Shown here piece by piece: positions 57,808-64,000 of a stretch of 64,000 nt of DNA. The notes under the pieces were generated by a model. The model made no database searches. It saw nothing but the letters and a program-made list of their open reading frames with translations, and had not been told where the DNA came from. How positions within the stretch are numbered: position 1 is the stretch's first letter; every line of letters starts with the position of its first letter. The position numbers and the translations under genes were made by a program. Origin of the DNA: Candidatus Poribacteria bacterium (GTDB taxonomy: Bacteria; Poribacteria; WGA-4E; PCPOR2b); assembly GCA_965116925.1 (NCBI GenBank), contig OZ220744.1, positions 1,664,001 to 1,728,000 on the forward strand. The letters run 5' to 3'.

Positions 57808-58133
57808 TTGAATGTTGAAGTGCCAAAATACACCCACACCTCTTCCGTTTTGCCATCAATAATCACTTTCCGTTTCTCCCGCTGATATACAGGCGTTTCA
57901 ACATGACAGCCCTCGTATTTATCCAAAATAACAAAATCTTGAGCCGTTAATCCTCGCCAAACAACTCCTTCGACGCTCGAATCTTCGCTGGGTATCAGTA
58001 CTGGATATCCCCGGTTAGAGATAACCGTTGTGCATTCGGGCATTATCGCTACATTTGGCTCGCCGAGCGAATGTCCAAGTAACCACTGAATCAACCCTCT
58101 ATCTTTTAAGGTGCCATAAACAAAGAGGTTCAT
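57780..58133 (-). CDS. Gamma-glutamylcyclotransferase (AIG2-like) family protein
   Basis: LFVYGTL, YP, V.G, LDKYEG, Y.R, WVY motifs. Confidence 0.88.
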   Translation of the reverse strand: MNLFVYGTLKDRGLIQWLLGHSLGEPNVAIMPECTTVISNRGYPVLIPSEDSSVEGVVWRGLTAQDFVILDKYEGCHVETPVYQREKRKVIIDGKTEEVWVYFGTSTFKVVGTLRVP

Positions 58134-58163
58134 AGTACAGTTGTAGGGAGTAGAGATCGGTTT

Positions 58164-60656
58164 TCACGCACCACGTTTCAGCGTAAGATAAAAGCGGCTT
58201 CCTTTACCTAGCTGACTCTCCGCCCAGACCTCACCGCCGTGGAGTTCAACGAGATTTTTCACTATCGGTAGTCCTAAGCCGATGCCACCGCTTTTCGAGC
58301 CCCCAACTCGATGGAAACGATCGAAAATGAAATCCAGTTCTGTCTGACTGATACCGACGCCCGTGTCTTCAACACAAACTTGGAGTATCTGATCCGAGAG
58401 CGTTGTCACACTGACTCCGACATACCTACCGTTTTCGGTATACTTGATAGCGTTATCCAGCAGGTTTGTTATAATCTGTCCCATCTTGTCAGCGTCCACC
58501 AACGCAACCACATCTAGGTCGCAATCCAGATTAACTTGAATACCTTTTCTATCTGTTATCGGTTGAATCCGCGCAATTGCTTCATCAAGAATAGGATACA
58601 GTTTCGTCGGTTCAAGCTGTAAGGAAATCTTACCTGACTCGATTTGAGAGAGATCTAGTAGGTCATTAATCAGCCGGATGAGCCTGTCGCAGTTGTCCTT
58701 CACGCGCAACAGATAGCTCGCCTGCTTATCTGAAAGCCCGCCACCGACGCCGTCAAGCAGATTATCTACAAACCCTTTGATGTGCGTCAATGGCGTTCGT
58801 AGTTCGTGGGATACATTATCCAAAAATTGGGATTTAAGTGTGTCTAGTTGCTTAAGTTGGTCATACGTCTCCTTGAGAGCGGTGGCAATGTTATTAAAGT
58901 CCGATACTAATTCTCCGCTTGTCGCTTTGGGTATTGTACCACCATAGGTGTCCAAATAGGTCACCATCAGTTGTTGCCGTGCAGTTTCCATCGCTTCGGT
59001 TCGTGCACTTAGCTGGGCATAGAGCATTGCATTTTCAATCGCGGTCGCGCCTTGATGTGCAAGCGTGCCGAGCAGCGCCAAATCGGCTTGCGTATACGGT
59101 TCTTCCGATGATTTTTGACCAAGTACAAGCAACCCCACCAGATTCTCGTTTTCTTTCGTCCGTGTCACGAACGGAATCCACACTGCGGATTGAAGAAAAT
59201 CAATAAAGCCCTCCGCCGACTCGGAGGGTGCAACGTGAATCAGATCTGGGTCAAGGGGTTGATCTGAAAAATCAAGCGGTTTCTCCGCCTTTTGCAGCCG
59301 CTGGAGCAGGGACGTAGATAGGGTCAGCGGCAATCCATTGGGTGGTGCATCAACTCCGATAGCCGCTTCCGGAACAAACTGCGCCCCTTCATCTGTAAAA
59401 GGGTTGGATTCACCTTCCCGATTGTATTCGGATTCCAAATAACCTGAAACACGATACATTACAACTCCACGACTGATGTGTATCGCTTTCGTTACTTGGC
59501 GGAGCAACGTATCCACTAAAATTTCCAGATCGAGGATAGAGTGGAGTGTCTGGCTCAACGCCAAGAGGGTCTGACGGTAGTTGTACGCCTCGCGATCAAA
59601 TGCCCGATCAATCAGTTTTTGAATGCGTGTCTTGGCGGGTGCAAACAGCACAGCAGCAATAAGCACCGAGATCGCGGTCACTGTCCGAGAACGTGCGGCT
59701 GTATGGAAAAACATGGTGAGCCCTTGAATGCTTAACAGATACATCCCAAGTGCGAAACCACTGACAAGCGTATACACAACGCTGCGATTGATAATGAGTT
59801 CTATATTCATCAACCGGTGTCGGATGATAGCGATGACATAGCAGATCGGGATAAGACATAACGTATAGGCCGAAAAGCGAGCGTAAGGGATTGAGACATC
59901 CCAAAACCTCGGAATTGTCGTACAGATAGCTAGTGGAAATGTCCCAGCAACAATACCGAGCAACAACCAGCGTGCTTGACGGCGTTGAGAGGCGGAGGGG
60001 GCAGCAAAACAGGTGTGCAGGAGTAATAACTGGCCAGCGATCGAATAAGCGAAAAGAAACCCGGTCGTGATGTTCTCAAGCGGCGACAGTTTTATCAGAA
60101 AAAACTCGCGGGTATAGTCATGTCCACGCAGATAGAAGAAGGAGGTTATCAAGCACAAAGCAACCCCCGGAACGTAGAGGAGTTTCAACAGCCACAGGCG
60201 GTGCTGGATGAGTTGTTTTTCAGCAGGAAAGATGAGAAAACAGTGGAGGAACAGGCAGGGGGTCATTGTTGCCGTTACGAACTGACAAATCGGCACAATC
60301 CGACTGCTCCACGTTCCCTCAGTAATTGAGAAGGTAGCGTCAACAGAGCATACGCTCATGAAACCGATACTCATTAGGTAGGAGATTCGTACCGCCCGAT
60401 ACGATCCTAGGGTTTCTTCATTTCTATTTTTTTCATCAGATTCGGAAGAAACTTGGCTTTGCGATTGCTGCATCCACACGAGCGTTGCGACCACCCATGT
60501 GATGAGCCCAATCAGATAGAAGTATCCGGTCTCCGGCGTATCCGGTGCTCTGGCGAAACTCCTTGCTCCAACAATGAGGTATATGCCCGACGCAAAAATA
60601 TAGAGAGTCGTGGTCAGGTCACGCTGGATTTTCATTTGAATCCTCGCAGGTCCCAT
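58164..60656 (-). CDS. Multi-pass membrane sensor histidine kinase with GAF domain
   Basis: Many hydrophobic helices, GAF end (GQKSSEEPYT..DL.LL..LA.Q...AIENA.LY), SHELRTPL, NLLDNAIKY, DTGVGI, GIGLGL. Confidence 0.92.
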   Translation of the reverse strand: MGPARIQMKIQRDLTTTLYIFASGIYLIVGARSFARAPDTPETGYFYLIGLITWVVATLVWMQQSQSQVSSESDEKNRNEETLGSYRAVRISYLMSIGFMSVCSVDATFSITEGTWSSRIVPICQFVTATMTPCLFLHCFLIFPAEKQLIQHRLWLLKLLYVPGVALCLITSFFYLRGHDYTREFFLIKLSPLENITTGFLFAYSIAGQLLLLHTCFAAPSASQRRQARWLLLGIVAGTFPLAICTTIPRFWDVSIPYARFSAYTLCLIPICYVIAIIRHRLMNIELIINRSVVYTLVSGFALGMYLLSIQGLTMFFHTAARSRTVTAISVLIAAVLFAPAKTRIQKLIDRAFDREAYNYRQTLLALSQTLHSILDLEILVDTLLRQVTKAIHISRGVVMYRVSGYLESEYNREGESNPFTDEGAQFVPEAAIGVDAPPNGLPLTLSTSLLQRLQKAEKPLDFSDQPLDPDLIHVAPSESAEGFIDFLQSAVWIPFVTRTKENENLVGLLVLGQKSSEEPYTQADLALLGTLAHQGATAIENAMLYAQLSARTEAMETARQQLMVTYLDTYGGTIPKATSGELVSDFNNIATALKETYDQLKQLDTLKSQFLDNVSHELRTPLTHIKGFVDNLLDGVGGGLSDKQASYLLRVKDNCDRLIRLINDLLDLSQIESGKISLQLEPTKLYPILDEAIARIQPITDRKGIQVNLDCDLDVVALVDADKMGQIITNLLDNAIKYTENGRYVGVSVTTLSDQILQVCVEDTGVGISQTELDFIFDRFHRVGGSKSGGIGLGLPIVKNLVELHGGEVWAESQLGKGSRFYLTLKRGA

Positions 60657-60700
60657 CCCAAACTGGAGGGGTAATTACACCTCTCTTATGGCGCAAGTGA

Positions 60701-61264
60701 TCATGTTTTCAGTCCCGCTTCCAGATAGGGACGGTAATATGCAAGATCGGGTGTTACAGCGTCTGGATCCTTCCCCATCTCATCATAGCGACGTAACCGC
60801 ACTGCGTCAGCAAAGTGAGGTAAGGCTTCAAATGCTTCGACTTCGGTTTCCGTTAGTGGTCCTCCTTGGCGTTCTAAACTCCGAACTGAAACAGGGGATA
60901 GCTTGTCAAAATAGCTCGCCTCCACAGCACAGAGATAGCGTTTCGCAGGCACATGCAACCGAGCAGGTTCGGTAACCGCTGAAACAAAATACGGTTCCAA
61001 AAGTGCTGCAACAAGTTCTTCATGTTTATCATCTATTCCTTGCGCCACAATCGCTTGGGGTAAATCATGAACCAGATGACCGTAGTCGTGCAAGATAGCA
61101 GCGGCTATCAGTGTATCGCTGGCACCATCCTTCTCGGCAGCGTGGGCGGTCTGTAGGGCGTGTTGTAGTTGTGTGACCTGTTCGCCCCCTTCATAGAGTT
61201 GATCGCCATAGTTCTGAAACGCTTCAAAGATTTCGTCAATGATAGTTACTTTACTCATCTTCAT
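60701..61264 (-). CDS. HD-domain di-iron oxygenase, PhnZ/TmpB-like
   Basis: E.VTQLQHALQ.A, AAILHDYGH, D.KHE, LHVPAKRYL, LS..S.RSL..QGG, LRRYDE.GK. Confidence 0.85.
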   Translation of the reverse strand: MKMSKVTIIDEIFEAFQNYGDQLYEGGEQVTQLQHALQTAHAAEKDGASDTLIAAAILHDYGHLVHDLPQAIVAQGIDDKHEELVAALLEPYFVSAVTEPARLHVPAKRYLCAVEASYFDKLSPVSVRSLERQGGPLTETEVEAFEALPHFADAVRLRRYDEMGKDPDAVTPDLAYYRPYLEAGLKT

Positions 61265-61273
61265 TATCCTCAA

Positions 61274-61364
61274 GGCTCATATAAAAGGAAAGTGCAAAGC
61301 ACTTGAAGAAACCGAGTTTTGCCGAAAAAACTCGGTTTCTTTGCACTAAATCTTAACATGAGCG
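61274..61364. mobile_element. Family E MITE-like repeat
   Basis: GGCTCATATAAAAGGAAAGTGCAAAG ... CTTTGCACTAAATCTTAACATGAGCG with AGAAACCGAGTTTT/AAAACTCGGTTTCT hairpin. Confidence 0.7.
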
Positions 61365-61407
61365 ATCCTTAAAATGTGTGTAAAATGTATAAAATTTACG
61401 TTTGCCG

Positions 61408-62454
61408 CTAAAAAACGACCTCCCGTTCAGTTCTTGCTGATTCGTAACAGCCATCGATTAATCGCTGTAAATTCAGCAGTTGCCGGCGGTCCTGCATTAC
61501 CCAAGGAGTGTCTTGCCGCAAACGCTGAATAACATCGGCATCTTGGTTTTGGATGCTCTCGCCCCAGCCACTGCTTTCCTGCAATTTTGGAGTTTTATCG
61601 ACAACTTCGCCGTCTTCGTCCAGCGTCACGGTGAACGGATCGCTGTTGAGCTTGCCTTGGGTCGTGACCATCTCGAAATGGTGAGGTGGCGGGGAATCAT
61701 CGCACCAGTTACCCTCTAATATACAGGTGGAACCATCGTCAAACCGAACAAAAGCAGTCAATAGATCTTCGACATTAAACCGTTCCCTTATCTCCGGTGA
61801 AGCGAGGGGTCCCCGTTTTCCGGGAAACAGACGACGCATTGAGGCAGTCACTGAGACAGGGTTCGGACAACCAGCCACCCAGATCGCGAGATCAAGTGCG
61901 TGTATCAGTGTAGATGCGAGGACGCCCCCAGCAGAGCTGCTCAGATAATAGTGAGGTCCCCACCAAGGTGGGTTGACGTGACACCCCCAAACTTTACTAA
62001 GTACAGGTTTCCCGACCCCGCCGGATGCCACTAAATCGTGGAGGTAGCGGGAGATCGGCATATATCGCATATTCGTACCCAGTTGGATCTGACGCCCCAG
62101 CCGCTCCGCTGCATCAAGCACCGTGATCGCCTCTTTTAAATTCCTCATGAACGGTTTCTCGCAAAGCACATCCGCCCCCGCTTCTAGTGCCGCAAGTGCC
62201 ATCTGCATATGAGTGTTCGGCATCGTGGCGACGATCACCAAATCAAGTTCACCGGGCGCAAGCATCTCTTTAACGCTTTCTGTTGCCTGCGCTTGGGGCC
62301 ACTCCTCTTTTGCGTTCTGCAACCGTTCAGGACTGATATCGCAGAATGCACTCACGACAGCGGTTTCCGCCCCCAATTTTTTAATAACGCTTAGGTGGTT
62401 CTTGCCCTGCGCGCCGCAACCAATTACACCAACCCGTATCGGTTGACTTACCAT
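61408..62454 (-). CDS. Gfo/Idh/MocA family oxidoreductase
   Basis: VGVIGCG Rossmann motif, VLCEKP, GGVL....H.LD. Confidence 0.92.
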   Translation of the reverse strand: MVSQPIRVGVIGCGAQGKNHLSVIKKLGAETAVVSAFCDISPERLQNAKEEWPQAQATESVKEMLAPGELDLVIVATMPNTHMQMALAALEAGADVLCEKPFMRNLKEAITVLDAAERLGRQIQLGTNMRYMPISRYLHDLVASGGVGKPVLSKVWGCHVNPPWWGPHYYLSSSAGGVLASTLIHALDLAIWVAGCPNPVSVTASMRRLFPGKRGPLASPEIRERFNVEDLLTAFVRFDDGSTCILEGNWCDDSPPPHHFEMVTTQGKLNSDPFTVTLDEDGEVVDKTPKLQESSGWGESIQNQDADVIQRLRQDTPWVMQDRRQLLNLQRLIDGCYESARTEREVVF

Positions 62455-62513
62455 ATCTACTCCTCAAGGAAAGCAGTTAATATTTCACTGTCACCGACTT
62501 TCACCGGTGGATG

Positions 62514-63308
62514 TTAACCGGTCCAATGTTCGCACCCCCGGAAAGGCATGTGGAATCCGTCCACATATTTCGGACGCGGTGCGTAGTCGTTCACATCAGG
62601 AACCCCTTCTCCACGCAATAGAAACGCACAGGGCCACGGCTCCTTTGAGGTAATTTGTGTGCTTGTGGGGATATAGCGAATAGTCAAGCCACAGCGCCGT
62701 TGAGCGGAGGTGTTTGGGTTGGATCCATGAATAATGTTCGGGTGATGTACAGAAACATCGCCAGCTTTCAGTACAAAGTCAACCGCCTTGGACTCATCAA
62801 CCAATGCGGGATCCATGTGTGAACTGAGGACGTTAGGGACATCAACGCTACGCTGCATTTCATGGAGTTCCATTCGCTGTGTGCCGGGGATAACGCGCAT
62901 ACAGCCATTCGCCGGGGTCGAGTCATCGACCGCGAGCCACAGTGTAACGACCTCCATTGGTGCGAGGGGCCAATAGCTACCGTCCTGATGCCAAAGCACC
63001 GGTCTCCCATCGGTAGGTGGCTTGCTAATATAGTGTGAAGCGAACAGAGCAATGTTGGGCCCGACAAAAATTTCTGCAATATCGAGTAGGCGAGCATCGC
63101 TAATTAGTCGGACCCAGAATGGATCTTCTCTGACAAGACGATGGTGTAAATGTTCGGGGCGTAAATCCGGATTCTTCTCAAGCAGCCAATCAACGTGATT
63201 GCTTGTCTCTTGAACCAACTCTGCATCGAGAACGTCTCGAAAAATCGCGTAACCATCGCGTTCGTATTGCTCGCGAGCGGGAGCATGTTTGTTCGATGAA
63301 TTGTCCAT
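62514..63308 (-). CDS. Phytanoyl-CoA dioxygenase (PhyH) family protein
   Basis: SKPP, WHQDGSYW, WLAVDDS...NGCMRVIPG, HHPNIIHGS..N.S..RRCG. Confidence 0.9.
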   Translation of the reverse strand: MDNSSNKHAPAREQYERDGYAIFRDVLDAELVQETSNHVDWLLEKNPDLRPEHLHHRLVREDPFWVRLISDARLLDIAEIFVGPNIALFASHYISKPPTDGRPVLWHQDGSYWPLAPMEVVTLWLAVDDSTPANGCMRVIPGTQRMELHEMQRSVDVPNVLSSHMDPALVDESKAVDFVLKAGDVSVHHPNIIHGSNPNTSAQRRCGLTIRYIPTSTQITSKEPWPCAFLLRGEGVPDVNDYAPRPKYVDGFHMPFRGCEHWTG

Positions 63309-63422
63309 CAGATTTCCTTTCGCGATAGATGTGTGGGCTCAGACATCACACGTGAACAGTCCTCACCCAAGCTGAGTGCTGCCATTTTATCACGAATTCA
63401 CACATGATGTAAAGCCAACTTT

Positions 63423-63643
63423 TATGGTAGATTTTAGAATTAATGGGACACGCCAAACCGGTGCGGTTACAAACCGCACCTACCGGGGTGGCGCAAGTGT
63501 TTCTTTATTTTTTGAATTTACTATAGTTGGACACGATGAATGAGCAATGTCAGAAACTTGTTCGCAGAGTTACGGCACACGGAGTGTGCCTACTACTTTG
63601 TTGGTTGGGTTATTAAGTGTCGGGATTCGGAGATCCCTCCTAC
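63423..63643 (+). mobile_element. Family A MITE (63423-63525) with REP-bearing tail and a second REP type
   Basis: Same A-plus-tail composite as 57515; GTTACGGCACACGGAGTGTGCCTAC at 63569; TCGGGATTCGGAGATCCCTCCTAC at 63620 (also at 43869). Confidence 0.82.
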
Positions 63644-63657
63644 GGCGGACCTTTAAG

Positions 63658-64000
63658 CTAATGACTGGATTCCTTTTTCTGGATCGGGACCTGCATCAAC
63701 TCTAAGATAAAGCCATCTGGATCTTTGAAGAACACTACATACACGATGCCCCATTCCAAATCAAAGCTAACCGGCTCTGACACAAATTCGACACCTTTTG
63801 CCGTTAGATCTTGATAAGCAGTCCATACATCCGGCACACCGAAGCAGAGATGCGAGTGAGCGACATCACCTAATTGGGCATCAGACACTTTGCCTTCAGG
63901 TGCGACGTATTGCTGCAAGTCAAGCATCACCCCCGGCGTTTCGGGGGCTTCCAACCGCACCACTTCCATAATCACATCCGGTTTGCCTGTCATCTTTGAG
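63658..64000 (-). CDS. VOC/glyoxalase family protein (5' end outside window)
   Basis: HLCFGVPDV, GVEFVSEP, FFKDPDGFILEL motifs. Confidence 0.85.
   Translation of the reverse strand, partial: SKMTGKPDVIMEVVRLEAPETPGVMLDLQQYVAPEGKVSDAQLGDVAHSHLCFGVPDVWTAYQDLTAKGVEFVSEPVSFDLEWGIVYVVFFKDPDGFILELMQVPIQKKESSH

Noticed and set aside
1..64000. tRNA, rRNA, integrase, transposase or prophage genes
   Set aside because: None recognised by eye; a tRNAscan/Infernal run would be needed to exclude small RNAs.

Overview
64 kb of a Gram-negative bacterial chromosome with about 58 genes. The lpxA/lpxI genes, five PhyH-family dioxygenases, many sugar-acid catabolic enzymes and dense intergenic repeats suggest a Candidatus Poribacteria-like lineage; this is inference, not a database result. 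Housekeeping genes (fabZ, lpxA, lpxI, accA, ftsY, proS, leuB, recX, alaS) are interspersed with catabolic genes. The centre (about 25.6-39.7 kb) is a repeat-bounded defence island. A type I R-M operon (hsdM ... hsdS-hsdR, minus strand) is split by about 7.2 kb of cargo. The main cargo is an inverted, tightly coupled four-gene cassette: C5 cytosine methyltransferase, a GHKL/MORC-type ATPase fused to a complete histidine kinase, a receiver-domain protein with a long unknown C-terminus, and a 232-aa orphan with a His-rich motif. This candidate phosphorelay-controlled, methylase-linked defence system is the best find. Other points of interest are two PhyH-like enzymes with an HxG (halogenase-type) metal motif, a PhnZ-like HD oxygenase cluster, and several MITE and GTAG-REP families that nest in each other and supply gene 3' ends. 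No rRNA, tRNA, CRISPR array or transposase was recognised. All calls come from reading motifs by eye; no searches were run.
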